64,000 nucleotides of DNA from Bacteriovoracia bacterium (GCA_050251055.1 JBFWNL010000007.1:1-64000), one strand, 5' to 3'. Numbered from the stretch's first letter, positions 19,602-29,635 are shown. Notes: generated by a model not told the origin, from the letters alone. Made by a program: numbers and translations.

Positions 19602-20240
19602 TTACCGAGCGCCTCTTTCCGGATTGAATCGTCGCATCCATTGAGCGAGCTGGCGGTCCATTTCGGTTCCTTCGCGCTCAAGTGAATGAATCGCGCTTTC
19701 GCGGTCGCGGGGGTCGCGGTTTTGGCCGAGCTTGAACTTGTGCTCGATGCTTTCGGCCTCGATTTCGAAGCCGACGATGCCGGCCAGGAGCTTCTGGGAG
19801 TAGTCGTCTTCCATTTTCACGTGTGGGCGCCCGAGGCCTTCCCCTTCGAATCTCTCCAGGAGCCTTACGATCAAGTCTTCTAACTTTTGCGCATCCTGGA
19901 TGAGCCGCGCGCGGCCGCGCACCTGAACGACGGCGTAGTTCCAAGTCGGGATGCGGTCGTTCGTGGCGTAAAAGCGAGGCGAGATATAGGCGTGGGGACC
20001 GTGGAAGATGGCTAACACGCGAGGGCTCGTTTCGAGCGCCTTCCACATCGGGTTGGCGCGCGCGACGTGACCCAGTAATTTAGGTTTCGGGGCGGCGCGG
20101 TCTTCCAATATAATCGGAACGTGATTGGCGAGCGGGGCACCGTCCGCTCCTGGCGTGACCAGGGTGGCGAAAGGGAAGTTCTCGATCACCTCGATCACCG
20201 CGGCCGGATCTTCCGGGCCGAAATGCTTCGGAACGTACAT
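19602..20240 (-). CDS. FMN-binding negative transcriptional regulator (PaiB family)
   Basis: MYVPKHF, PFATLV, GHVARANP, GPHAYISP, PTWNY, KFKLGQN. Confidence 0.93.
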   Translation of the reverse strand: MYVPKHFGPEDPAAVIEVIENFPFATLVTPGADGAPLANHVPIILEDRAAPKPKLLGHVARANPMWKALETSPRVLAIFHGPHAYISPRFYATNDRIPTWNYAVVQVRGRARLIQDAQKLEDLIVRLLERFEGEGLGRPHVKMEDDYSQKLLAGIVGFEIEAESIEHKFKLGQNRDPRDRESAIHSLEREGTEMDRQLAQWMRRFNPERGAR

Positions 20241-20265
20241 GGACCCGACTTTACTGCAAAAGCGC

Positions 20266-21444
20266 ATGGAATCCAACCTGACGAAAGTCACGTGGCTGAA
20301 CTTCGCCTGGATGTTTCTCGTGCTCATGCCGGTGATCGTGCCCTACTTTCAGTCGCGTGGGTTGAGCATGCGCGACGTCTATCTGCTACAGACCTTCTTC
20401 GCCGTCTGCATGGTAGCGATGGAGGCGCCGACGGGCTACCTCGCGGATCTTTTAGGGCGAAGGCGGTGCCTGATCGTGGCGGGGGCCCTCAATGGGGTGG
20501 GTTTTCTTTGGCTCACGCAGGCCGAGGGGTTCTGGAGTTTGGCGCTTTTCGAGTTCGTCGTGGCGATCGCGCAGAGTCTTTACTCGGGTACGGACGTAGC
20601 AATTCTCTATGACTCGCTCGAGGCGATGCCCCATCGCCCGGTAACGGCGCCCGTAGGGCAGTCCGTTCTGGGGAAGCGCGTGTTTTCGGCTCAGCTGGGC
20701 GAAACGATCGCCGCGCTCGTGGGTGGGTGGGTGGCGATGGTCTCGTTTTCGGCGACGGCGTGGGTAAGCGCGGCCGCGGCTTGCGTTCCTTTCTTCATCG
20801 CGCTCACGTTGACGGAACCCCCGCGGGCGAAGCTGGATGCGCGGGCGCACTTGCAGAACCTAGCCGAGATCGCGCGCGAGCTCTTTCGGGCTTCCCCCTT
20901 GTTGCGTCAGTTACTTTGGAATCACGTTTTCTTTGGCTTCACGACGTTGCTTGCGGTTTGGGTCTTCCAAGATTACTGGCGAGCGCTAGGGGTGCCGATC
21001 GGATATTTCGGCTACCTTTGGGCGGGGTACAATCTCGCGGTGGCGCTCACGGCGCGGGTGGCGCATCGCTGGGAGAGTCACTGGAGCGTTCGGCGCGCGG
21101 CTTTTTGGATCGGAATGCTATCGGTCGCGGGCTACGTTGGCATGGCGTGTTTCACGGGAGCGATCGGGGTTCTGGCGGGTTTGTGTTTTCAAGTGAGCCG
21201 TGGCTTCAATCAGGTGATTCTGCGCGACGCGATCAATGTGCGCGTGAAAGCTTCCATGCGCGCGACGGCGAATTCGGTGGCGAGCTTGGGAAGCCGCTTG
21301 GTTTTCGCGGCGGTTGGCCCTTTCTTCGGGGCGCTGGTGGATTCGCGTGGACATGGAACCGCCTTCGCGGCTGCCGCCGTGGGAGTAGCGCTAGTGGGCG
21401 GAATTTCGGTGTTTTTGCTCGCGAAACCGCGTCGCGCGGGCTAG
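20266..21444 (+). CDS. MFS transporter
   Basis: About 12 TMs; EAPTGYLADLLGRR motif A; SGTDVAILYDSL; start 20266 (or 20239). Confidence 0.9.
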   Translation: MESNLTKVTWLNFAWMFLVLMPVIVPYFQSRGLSMRDVYLLQTFFAVCMVAMEAPTGYLADLLGRRRCLIVAGALNGVGFLWLTQAEGFWSLALFEFVVAIAQSLYSGTDVAILYDSLEAMPHRPVTAPVGQSVLGKRVFSAQLGETIAALVGGWVAMVSFSATAWVSAAAACVPFFIALTLTEPPRAKLDARAHLQNLAEIARELFRASPLLRQLLWNHVFFGFTTLLAVWVFQDYWRALGVPIGYFGYLWAGYNLAVALTARVAHRWESHWSVRRAAFWIGMLSVAGYVGMACFTGAIGVLAGLCFQVSRGFNQVILRDAINVRVKASMRATANSVASLGSRLVFAAVGPFFGALVDSRGHGTAFAAAAVGVALVGGISVFLLAKPRRAG

Positions 21445-21493
21445 CGGCTGTCCAAAAATTCGACAATTAGATCCGATTAAACCCGTTTTCACC

Positions 21494-21510
21494 CTGGCCC
21501 GTGCGTTGCA
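21494..21510 (+). promoter_or_regulatory. Putative sigma54 promoter
   Basis: CTGGCCCGTGCGTTGCA: GG-N10-GC spacing of -24/-12 consensus, upstream of GH43 gene. Confidence 0.6.
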
Positions 21511-21576
21511 ATTCTACCCCTTGTACTTAAGGATAGGTATTTCGGTTCGGGCAGAACTTGAAGGAGAGACGGGGCG

Positions 21577-23031
21577 ATGTTTACCTTGGGGCTGTTCTTG
21601 GTGTCGGTGTTGCCGGCTTTCGCGGACTATGGTCCGTGTCCGGGCCTGGCGGCGTATCCAGTCAACGAAAACTACGAAGCGGATCCTAACGGGGCATACT
21701 GTTTAGTACGCAACCGTAACGGAGCGAAGTTCAACTTCCGCCTTCCGCAAGACCAAGGGGGTACGGATTGGCGAATCTATATGGCCGATCCCACCCTCTT
21801 AAAGATCGCCGACACGTACTACGTCACGGGCACCTCCGACCCCTACCACACGGGAAACTTTCCGATTTATAAGTCGAAGAATCTGGTCGATTGGTCGTTC
21901 CACGCTACCGTATTCACCGATAGCTTGCGCGGGGGAGGGCACATCGTGAATTTCGGGCCCGGCAAGAAATACTGCAATCTTTGGGCGCCCCAGCTCTATC
22001 GGCATCCCGACGACGTGCACACGGTTTATCTTTCCTTTACGGCCACCGAGGATAGCGGCTCGGGCATTTGTCTGGATCCCAACTCCCATAAAAAAAATAC
22101 CGTCTTCGGGGCATCGATTACCCGGAACGCGTTTTTGTCGGGCGCCGGTTTTTCCGCTCCAGTTCGTTATACCTATCCTCACGGCACCAGTCAGCTTACC
22201 GACGGTGGGTACATGGCGGGGCACGAGATTCCGGTCAGTGGCAACAACGCCGACGTGGGCTCGGCGCCTGGGCAGGCATTCTCAGTCGCCGGCAGGCTTT
22301 GTCTGCACGTGCCGGGCGCCTGCCGCGTTTGGATGGCGCTCGATAGTTTCGTTTTCTTCGCGCGTCCCGGACACCCCAATCGCCAGCGCATGCTTTACTC
22401 CTGGGTGAACAACAGCTCGAGTAATACGTTTTACGGCAACAACATCGCGCAGTATCCCATGAGCGGGCATTTTGAGATGGATCCGAATGCGGAAAAACCC
22501 AAGGCGCTTGCCTACGCCCGGAACAACACTCGCCCCATTGGCGGCGTGCCGAATGGATGTTACGGCTCGCAATCACCGATGGGCCCGGCCGGTGGTCCGT
22601 ATTACTGCGTGGCTGAGGGACCGGCGGCATTTTTTCAAAACGGACGTTATTACATTGTCTACAGTCGCAACGGTTGGAATTCCCCTGGGTACGGTTTGTA
22701 CTACCGTTTCACCCGCGTCGGCGGAAGCTTTGACGAGCTGGAGATGAATTTTTCGAACGCGAATATCCAAGAACACGTGCTTGCGGAATCCGTCAATCGC
22801 GTCCGCCCCCTAGGCCCCGCCTACGGACATGGCGAGAGCTTCGTCGGTCCTGGCAATAAGCGTTACTTCATTTTTCACGCGAAGGACGACGGAAGCGGCA
22901 AGCGTACTCCCTTCTTTAAAGAGATGACGTTCCGGCCCGACGGCACGATCGTCCCCTGGGATAACCGTCCGGCCGCGCCCGACCGCAAGGCGAGCGTGCT
23001 CTGGTTCCGCATTCCGCGCCCGCAGCGGTAG
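21577..23031 (+). CDS. Secreted glycoside hydrolase, GH43-like beta-propeller
   Basis: Signal peptide, ADP, YKSKNLVDW, LWAP, AEGP, YGHG motifs; AAGGAG RBS. Confidence 0.8.
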   Translation: MFTLGLFLVSVLPAFADYGPCPGLAAYPVNENYEADPNGAYCLVRNRNGAKFNFRLPQDQGGTDWRIYMADPTLLKIADTYYVTGTSDPYHTGNFPIYKSKNLVDWSFHATVFTDSLRGGGHIVNFGPGKKYCNLWAPQLYRHPDDVHTVYLSFTATEDSGSGICLDPNSHKKNTVFGASITRNAFLSGAGFSAPVRYTYPHGTSQLTDGGYMAGHEIPVSGNNADVGSAPGQAFSVAGRLCLHVPGACRVWMALDSFVFFARPGHPNRQRMLYSWVNNSSSNTFYGNNIAQYPMSGHFEMDPNAEKPKALAYARNNTRPIGGVPNGCYGSQSPMGPAGGPYYCVAEGPAAFFQNGRYYIVYSRNGWNSPGYGLYYRFTRVGGSFDELEMNFSNANIQEHVLAESVNRVRPLGPAYGHGESFVGPGNKRYFIFHAKDDGSGKRTPFFKEMTFRPDGTIVPWDNRPAAPDRKASVLWFRIPRPQR

Positions 23032-23083
23032 CGCGAGGCGCTTCGGCTTCAGTCATACCACCGACGCTGTACTCGGCATTCGT

Positions 23084-23285
23084 TCGGTCATTTCTTGGCC
23101 CGCGCCCGAATGCTTCTCATACCCGATCTTACTCAAATTCTTTCCCAGGCGTGGAGGGGGCATCCGCGGGCCAGGAAGGCGCTGAGCGGTTGAGCCCAGG
23201 AAGGGCGTCCGCCTCCACGCCTGGGAAAGAATTTGAGTAAGATCGTGTGCGGGACATCTCGCTGCGCGGGCCAAGAAATGACCGA
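23084..23285. repeat. Long intergenic inverted repeat (rod-like hairpin)
   Basis: Perfect 34-bp arms 23124-23157/23212-23245 and perfect 22-bp arms 23084-23105/23264-23285. Confidence 0.95.
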
Positions 23286-23382
23286 CCAATCCGAAGCGGT
23301 GCTTTAGGGCTGGTGCCAGACCGTCCGGATCGTTCGGTGACGCAGCTGTATTGCGTTTTAGTGCCTTTCTGGCCGGAAACCC

Positions 23383-23399
23383 CTGGTACATCGTTTGCT
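23383..23399 (+). promoter_or_regulatory. Putative sigma54 promoter
   Basis: CTGGTACATCGTTTGCT: GG-N10-GC match to -24/-12 consensus. Confidence 0.65.
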
Positions 23400-23457
23400 G
23401 AAAGGGCCCCTGAGTCGGGGTTGTTTCACGGAGTGAACATTCAATCTTGGGGGAGAA

Positions 23458-24120
23458 ATGAAGAATCTAACGAAGCTATCGGGGCTGACCCTATCGATCC
23501 TACTGCTTGCTTGCGGAGCGGCGGAGAACGCCTCTGCGCTGGGACCGTCGCGACCGAGTCCACCGCCTCCCCCCGCGCCGCCGCCTTCTTCGGAGATTGC
23601 GCTGGCCGCTTCGGGAGGCACCGGCTGTCCTGCCGATACGGCCTTGGCGCTGGTGACGACGAGCGAGCGAGGGGAGAAGGTGCTGACGGTTTCTACTAGC
23701 CAGTACACCGCGACGCTGTCCTCGCGCACGGAAGCGAAGCTTGAGCGCAAGAGCTGCGCGCTGACGGTTTCGGCAAGCGAGGTTCCAGCAAACCATCGGG
23801 TGGTGATCGCCAAGACGCTACTTTTGGGAGCGGTAGAGCTCGCCGCTGGGGCGTCGGCGCAGGCAGCCGTGGAAGCATTTCTGCCGGGAGGCACGGGTCC
23901 TAAGCTCAGTACGAGTCTGGGTTCGCTAGACGATGAAGTGAGCGACGCGTTAGTGCTAGAGCTAAGCGAGCCGGTGGCCACTCTTTGCGGCGAGACATCT
24001 GGGATTCTGCGCGTGAATACGAGTCTCGTTCTGAAGCGCGAAGAGCGCCTCCTGCGTGACTCGACGGCACGCATCGACTCGATCGCCTTGATTCTCAAGA
24101 CGGAGCCCTGCTCCTTATAG
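23458..24120 (+). CDS. DUF4360-like lipoprotein
   Basis: LLAC lipobox, Pro linker, GGTGCP and RKSC motifs typical of DUF4360. Confidence 0.65.
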   Translation: MKNLTKLSGLTLSILLLACGAAENASALGPSRPSPPPPPAPPPSSEIALAASGGTGCPADTALALVTTSERGEKVLTVSTSQYTATLSSRTEAKLERKSCALTVSASEVPANHRVVIAKTLLLGAVELAAGASAQAAVEAFLPGGTGPKLSTSLGSLDDEVSDALVLELSEPVATLCGETSGILRVNTSLVLKREERLLRDSTARIDSIALILKTEPCSL

Positions 24121-24152
24121 ACAGACTTATATCCTCGGCTAACGGTAGAAAT

Positions 24153-24189
24153 TAAAACGCCCGTTTGATTTCGTCGAACGGGCGTTTTA
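24153..24189. promoter_or_regulatory. Putative TetR operator pair
   Basis: TAAAACGCCCGTT...AACGGGCGTTTTA 13-bp inverted repeat; each half is itself a near palindrome; directly upstream of TetR gene. Confidence 0.7.
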
Positions 24190-24201
24190 CATTCTCCGGG
24201 C

Positions 24202-24846
24202 ATGTCAACGGAAACGGAGTTCCACGACGTTAAACCCGATCGTTCGCGCGCGGCCCTCGTACGCTCCGCGAACGTGCTTTTCGCGCGCAACGGCTACCAT
24301 TCCACCACGGTGCGGGAGCTGGCCGAGCATGCGCGCGTGAATATCAGCGCCATCAGCTATCACTTCGGCGGAAAAGAAGAGCTCTATCGGGAATGCATCC
24401 GCGAGTGCGCCGAGGACCGTCTGCGGGCGGCGAAAGCCTACCTGGTCGCCCCGGCTTCGGCCGAGGAAATGCGGGTGCGGCTGAAGCTCTGGGTATCGAG
24501 CGTTTTGCGCGCGAACGCGGAAAACCCCGAGGTCGCGCTCGTTACCTTCCGCGAGTTTGAATCCGACGTGCCCGTCACCCCCGACCTTTTCGAAAAACTC
24601 GTTTTGCCCATCGTGGAAACCATGGACGCGTTCATGGCCGGGGCGCAAAGCCGCGGCTTTTTGCGGGCAGATCTCGATTCGGGCAATCTGGCTTACCTGT
24701 TTTGGAGCCTCGTGCTGAATGTCGCGCGTTTCGACCAGCGCCGCTCCCAGTTCGTGGGTCAGAGCATCGCGCATGAGCCTTATCGCGACCAGATTACCGA
24801 CGAAATTCTGAAAATCTTCCTGGATGGAGCAACGCGATCGTCATGA
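24202..24846 (+). CDS. TetR/AcrR-family regulator
   Basis: LFARNGYHSTTVRELAEHARVNISAISYHFGGKEELY HTH. Confidence 0.95.
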   Translation: MSTETEFHDVKPDRSRAALVRSANVLFARNGYHSTTVRELAEHARVNISAISYHFGGKEELYRECIRECAEDRLRAAKAYLVAPASAEEMRVRLKLWVSSVLRANAENPEVALVTFREFESDVPVTPDLFEKLVLPIVETMDAFMAGAQSRGFLRADLDSGNLAYLFWSLVLNVARFDQRRSQFVGQSIAHEPYRDQITDEILKIFLDGATRSS

Positions 24847-26315
24847 ACCGGCCGAGCCTCTTCATTATACTGGTTTTATCGCTTGGGATCGCCCCCCGCG
24901 GCTGGGGTGCGCCGGCGGTGCTGACCCTCGAGCAGTACCTGAACCAGGTGCGGGAACAAAATACGGGCGTGCGGGCGGCGACGAGCGCGCGCGACGCGGC
25001 TCGGGATCGGGTGGGGGAAGGGGAAACGCTATTGGCCCCGACCCTCTTCGCGCAGTTTCAGTGGGCCGATGACCGCGCGCCGAAGGATAATCCCACCCTG
25101 CAGGGCACCCGAACCGTGCAGAACAGCTACCAATTTGGCGTGAGCAAGCAAACCACGTTTGGTCTCTTCGGTAGGTTTTACTACACGACCGCGTTTACGG
25201 GCATTACGGGGGCGGATGCGAGCTTCGTGCCTTTCCCGGAGTTTTATACGGCAAAACCCACGCTGGAGTTTTCGCAATCCCTGTGGCGCAACTTCTTCGG
25301 GCGCGAGACGCGCGCCCAAGTGGCGGCGATCGAGGCTTCGGCCCAGGTGGCACACGAAACGGAAGGGTACCGCGCGCGCGCGATGTTGGTGGAAGCCGAG
25401 GCGGCCTACTGGCGCCTGGCGGCGGCTCGCGAGGTATTAGCCGTTCAGCGCGCGAGCTTGGACCGCGCGAAGAAAATCCTCGACTGGAGTAGCTCGCGCG
25501 TCCGCAGTCGCTTGGCCGATCGCTCGGACTTGTTCCAGTCGGACGCCGGGTACAAGTTGCGTAACCTCGAGTTCAATCTGGCCGAGGACGAGGCGCGCGC
25601 GGCCGAAATGGCTTTTAACTCGGTTCGCAACGTGCCGGACGCCCAAGTGAAGGATGCGCTGACGGATCTGGATCAGCTAAATGAGGGCGGGTTGGAGAAG
25701 CAAATCGACAAACTCTCGGGCAAGGGCGCCGCTTCCGCCGCGCGCGACGGCCGTAGGGGCGATGTCGAAGCGGCTTTTCACGCCGAGCGTGCGGCCGTGG
25801 CCGCGGCCAACCTCGCTTATGAGAAAAACCAACCCACCTTGGAGCTTTACGGGGCGTTGTCCCTGAATGGCCGGGATATTTCGTCCATGACCTCCGTTTC
25901 GCAGTCGTTCCGGACGGATCAAGCCGCCACCGCGGTCGGTCTGCGTTTCAGCATGCCGCTGAACCTGGGGACGACGGCGGACATTCGTAAGGCGTACCGC
26001 ACGGAGGCGATGGCCGCGGAAGGAAAGCTCGCGCGCGCCCAGTTCGAGGAAGAGCGCGACTGGCAGGATATCCACCAGAAGCTTGCCGAAGCGAAGCGCC
26101 GCTACCTCTTGGCTAAAAAAATAGAGTCCACCCAGAAGGAAAAGTACGAGCATGAAAGGCAACGGCACGCCGGCGGCCGTTCCACGACGTTCCTCGTGCT
26201 CCAGTTCGAACAAGATTACGCCCAGGCGCAGATCCTGCGCTTGCGCTCCCAGGTCGAGTTGTTAGGATTGTCCGCCCAAATGAAGTTGTATTCGCCGGAA
26301 GGTGACACCAAATGA
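24843..26315 (+). CDS. TolC-family outer-membrane efflux protein
   Basis: Signal peptide, LTLEQY start, VEAEAAYWRL helical repeats; between TetR and RND genes. Confidence 0.85.
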   Translation: MNRPSLFIILVLSLGIAPRGWGAPAVLTLEQYLNQVREQNTGVRAATSARDAARDRVGEGETLLAPTLFAQFQWADDRAPKDNPTLQGTRTVQNSYQFGVSKQTTFGLFGRFYYTTAFTGITGADASFVPFPEFYTAKPTLEFSQSLWRNFFGRETRAQVAAIEASAQVAHETEGYRARAMLVEAEAAYWRLAAAREVLAVQRASLDRAKKILDWSSSRVRSRLADRSDLFQSDAGYKLRNLEFNLAEDEARAAEMAFNSVRNVPDAQVKDALTDLDQLNEGGLEKQIDKLSGKGAASAARDGRRGDVEAAFHAERAAVAAANLAYEKNQPTLELYGALSLNGRDISSMTSVSQSFRTDQAATAVGLRFSMPLNLGTTADIRKAYRTEAMAAEGKLARAQFEEERDWQDIHQKLAEAKRRYLLAKKIESTQKEKYEHERQRHAGGRSTTFLVLQFEQDYAQAQILRLRSQVELLGLSAQMKLYSPEGDTK

Positions 26316-29300
26316 GTCTCGCTTCATTGTCCGTTAAACGCCCCGCCTTCATTACGTGCGTAGTCCTGGCCACGCTGGCCATGGGATACATGGCGCTGAA
26401 AAACCTGGGCGTCGATCTCTTTCCGAACGTAACCTTCCCCGTGGTGATGGTGACCACGCCGTATCCGGGCGCGGGCCCCGAGGAGATCGAAACGCAGGTC
26501 TCGAAAGTGCTCGAGGATGAGATTAGCTCGCTGGCGGGCGTGAACTCCATGCGCTCGGTCAACAAGGAAGGATTCGGCACGGTTATCGTCGAGTTCAGTT
26601 TAGAGACCGACGTGAAGTACGCCGAGCAGCAGATTCGCGACCGCGTCTCGGCCGCGAAGGCCAAGCTCCCGTCCGAGGTGAAGGAACCCATGATCCGTCG
26701 GCTCGATCCGGGCGATCAGCCGGTGCTCATCCTCAACCTGCAGGCCAATTTGCCCGAGGCCAAGCTCTTCGAGTTCACGAACGAGGTGATCCGCCCGCAG
26801 CTCGAGCAGGTGAACCAAGTCGGCCTGGTGGAAGTGATGGGCGGGCGCAAACGAGAGATTCGCGTCGAGCTCGATCGTGGAAAACTCGCCGAAATGGAAG
26901 TGCCCGCGTCGCTCGTGGCCTCGCGTATCAGTACGTCGGGTCAGAATATTCCGGTGGGAAAGGTTGCCGAAGGCAAACAAGAAACCCTGTTTCGTACCTT
27001 GGGCCAGTTCCGGTCGCTAGAGCACATCAGCTCGACCGTGGTGAACTTCGTCGGCAACGACGTACCCGTGACGGTCGGTCAGCTGGGTGAGGTCGTGGAT
27101 TCGCTTCAAGACGAAAAGTCGCAGGCCTTCGTCAACGGCGAGAAGTCGATCTTCCTGATGATCTATCGCCAATCGGGCGCCAATTCGATTGCCGTGGGCG
27201 ACGGGGTAAAGAAGAAGATCGCCTCCATCAATAAGGCGCTCGTGGGGGAGTCCGGCGCGCCGGAGCTAAGGATCGTGCGGGATCGTACGAAGTTCATCCG
27301 CGCCAATATCGTCGACGTCCAGGAGACGATCCTGATCGGTATTTTGCTCACCATTTTGACGGTGTTCTGCTTCCTGGGGAGCGTGCGTTCCACCGTCATT
27401 ACCGGCCTGGCGTTGCCGAACTCGCTTCTGGGTGCGTTCGTGCTCATGTATTTCTTCGGCTTCACGGTGAACGTGATGACGCTTCTGGCCCTAAGTCTCG
27501 CCGTCGGGCTATTGATCGACGACGCCATCGTCGTGCGTGAGAACATCTTTCGCCACCGCGAGCTCGGAAAGAACGCCGTGCAGGCAGCTATCATCGGTAC
27601 GAAAGAGGTGACCCTCGCGGTCGTGGCCACGAGCTTGACCGTGATTGCGGTCTTCGGTCCGATCGCCTTCCTGAACGGCATCGTGGGCCAATTCTTCAAG
27701 GAGTTCGGGCTCACGATCTGCTTCACGATGCTCATCAGCCTATTCGACGCCCTTACCATCGCGCCGATGCTTTCGGCCTACTACGCGGGCTCCACCAATG
27801 AAGTGAAATCCACGAATGCGGTTGGCCGATCGCTCAATCGTTTCCTGGCGTACTTTGGTCGTTTTCAAAAGTGGTGTGAGGACTATTACGCGCGCACCCT
27901 CGAGAAAACCATGCGTCGTCCGCTCGTGGTATTGGCTTCCGCCGTGGGTATCTTCCTGCTCAGCATCGCGGCCTCCGTCTGGGTGCCGAAGACCTTCCTC
28001 CCGCCCCAGGATACCGGCGAGTTCCAGGTTTCGCTCGATATGCCCCCGGGCACCAATATCAAAACCATGAGTGAAACCGCGCGCCAGGTGGATCAGACGA
28101 TCCGCGCCAACCGCGAAGTGGCCAAGTCCGTGCTCACCATCGGCAACCGCGACGGCGAACCGAACGTGGCCGATATCTATGTGGAGCTCGTGCCGCGAGG
28201 TTCGCGCGCGATGAATACGTCTGTCTTCAAAGACCTCCTGCGGGATCAGCTTAAGCCGTTTTCGGGCGCCAATCCCATGGTGAAGGACATGGACGACGTG
28301 GCGGGTGGGTTCCGTACTTTCAACGTGAGCTTTATCGGGACCGATCTGGGCCAGCTACAGACTTATGGCAAGAAAATTTTCGAGCGGGTGAAGCACCATC
28401 CTTCGCTGAAGGACGTCGATATCAGCACGCGTGAGGGAAAGCCCGAGTTCCAGATCGTGGTCGACGATGAAAAGGCGCGTCGCTTGGGCGTTTCCAGCTC
28501 GATCGTGGGGCATGAGCTGCGCACCCAGATCGAAGGGTCGGTGCCGGCCGTGTACCGCGAGGCGGGACGGGAGTACGACATCCGCGTACGCCTGCGCGAC
28601 GATCAGCGCAACTTGAAGGAAGCCTTCTATTCGACGTTCGTGCCCAACATCAATCATTCGATGGTGCGCCTGCAGGATGTGGCGAGCCCGGTTTCCACGT
28701 TGGGGGTTTCTTCCATCGAGCGGCAGGATCGTGGCCGGTACGTGCAGATCAGTGCCGACATCGCCGCGAGTGGCCCCGGGATGGGCGGTATCATAGGAGA
28801 CTTGAAAAACTGGTTTGCCAACGATCCCGAATTGAAGCTCCCCGATGGCGTTCATTATAAGTTCGTGGGTCAATCCGAGAATTTCGAGCAGCTGGCCTCG
28901 AGCATCATGCTGGCCGTCACGCTCGCGGTGATCTTCATCTATTTCGTGCTGGCGAGCTTGTACGAGTCCTTCGTCACGCCGTTCACGATCATGCTCGTGC
29001 TGCCGCTCGCGGCGTGCGGGGCATTCTTCGCGCTCTTTCTCACGGGTACTTCCCTCAACCTGTTTTCGATGATCGGCTGCGTGATGCTGTTGGGGATCGC
29101 GACCAAGAACTCGATTTTGATCGTGGATCGGATCAATCAAAACCTCGATAAAGGGATGGATCGGATGGGCGCGATTCTGGAGGCGGGGCGCACGCGTCTG
29201 CGTCCGATTCTCATGACCTCGTACGCGCTCATCGCGGGCATGCTTCCCGTCGCCATCGGTCTGAACGAGGCTTCCAAGCAACGCAACAGCATGGGGATTG

Positions 29301-29635
29301 CCATCATCGGGGGATTGATCACTTCGACATTTCTGACCTTGATCGTGATTCCGGCTGCCTTCATCTACGTGGATCGCTTTCGCGTGAAGTGCCGTGATTT
29401 GGCTCGGCGCTGGGCGGGCACGGAGGATGACCTAGGAGAATGGGATGATTCCCAGCCGGCCACGGCGATTCCAGGGCTTCCGGCCGCCCGGGTGGCGCCC
29501 GAATACGACGAACTAGCGAGGGCTAGAGCTCCAGGAGACCCGGTGGAACCGCCAGCGGTTCCGGGAGTGGGGCGCGGATCGGACTCGGCGAAGACCGGGG
29601 GAGTTGAAGTTTCCGGATCAGACCTTCGGGCATGA
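26312..29635 (+). CDS. RND efflux permease (AcrB-like)
   Basis: GLLIDDAIVVREN, LYESF..PF, GIATKNSIL, RLRPILMT motifs. Confidence 0.97.
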   Translation: MSLASLSVKRPAFITCVVLATLAMGYMALKNLGVDLFPNVTFPVVMVTTPYPGAGPEEIETQVSKVLEDEISSLAGVNSMRSVNKEGFGTVIVEFSLETDVKYAEQQIRDRVSAAKAKLPSEVKEPMIRRLDPGDQPVLILNLQANLPEAKLFEFTNEVIRPQLEQVNQVGLVEVMGGRKREIRVELDRGKLAEMEVPASLVASRISTSGQNIPVGKVAEGKQETLFRTLGQFRSLEHISSTVVNFVGNDVPVTVGQLGEVVDSLQDEKSQAFVNGEKSIFLMIYRQSGANSIAVGDGVKKKIASINKALVGESGAPELRIVRDRTKFIRANIVDVQETILIGILLTILTVFCFLGSVRSTVITGLALPNSLLGAFVLMYFFGFTVNVMTLLALSLAVGLLIDDAIVVRENIFRHRELGKNAVQAAIIGTKEVTLAVVATSLTVIAVFGPIAFLNGIVGQFFKEFGLTICFTMLISLFDALTIAPMLSAYYAGSTNEVKSTNAVGRSLNRFLAYFGRFQKWCEDYYARTLEKTMRRPLVVLASAVGIFLLSIAASVWVPKTFLPPQDTGEFQVSLDMPPGTNIKTMSETARQVDQTIRANREVAKSVLTIGNRDGEPNVADIYVELVPRGSRAMNTSVFKDLLRDQLKPFSGANPMVKDMDDVAGGFRTFNVSFIGTDLGQLQTYGKKIFERVKHHPSLKDVDISTREGKPEFQIVVDDEKARRLGVSSSIVGHELRTQIEGSVPAVYREAGREYDIRVRLRDDQRNLKEAFYSTFVPNINHSMVRLQDVASPVSTLGVSSIERQDRGRYVQISADIAASGPGMGGIIGDLKNWFANDPELKLPDGVHYKFVGQSENFEQLASSIMLAVTLAVIFIYFVLASLYESFVTPFTIMLVLPLAACGAFFALFLTGTSLNLFSMIGCVMLLGIATKNSILIVDRINQNLDKGMDRMGAILEAGRTRLRPILMTSYALIAGMLPVAIGLNEASKQRNSMGIAIIGGLITSTFLTLIVIPAAFIYVDRFRVKCRDLARRWAGTEDDLGEWDDSQPATAIPGLPAARVAPEYDELARARAPGDPVEPPAVPGVGRGSDSAKTGGVEVSGSDLRA

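Noticed and set aside
23053-23391. 112-aa minus-strand ORF across the long inverted repeat; also considered CRISPR or retron msr/msd
   Set aside because: No protein-like features; no spaced direct repeats, cas genes or reverse transcriptase in the window
29523-29635. 113-nt convergent overlap of RND and HAD genes
   Set aside because: Both overlapping tails are low-complexity Pro-rich extensions, most likely stop-codon drift
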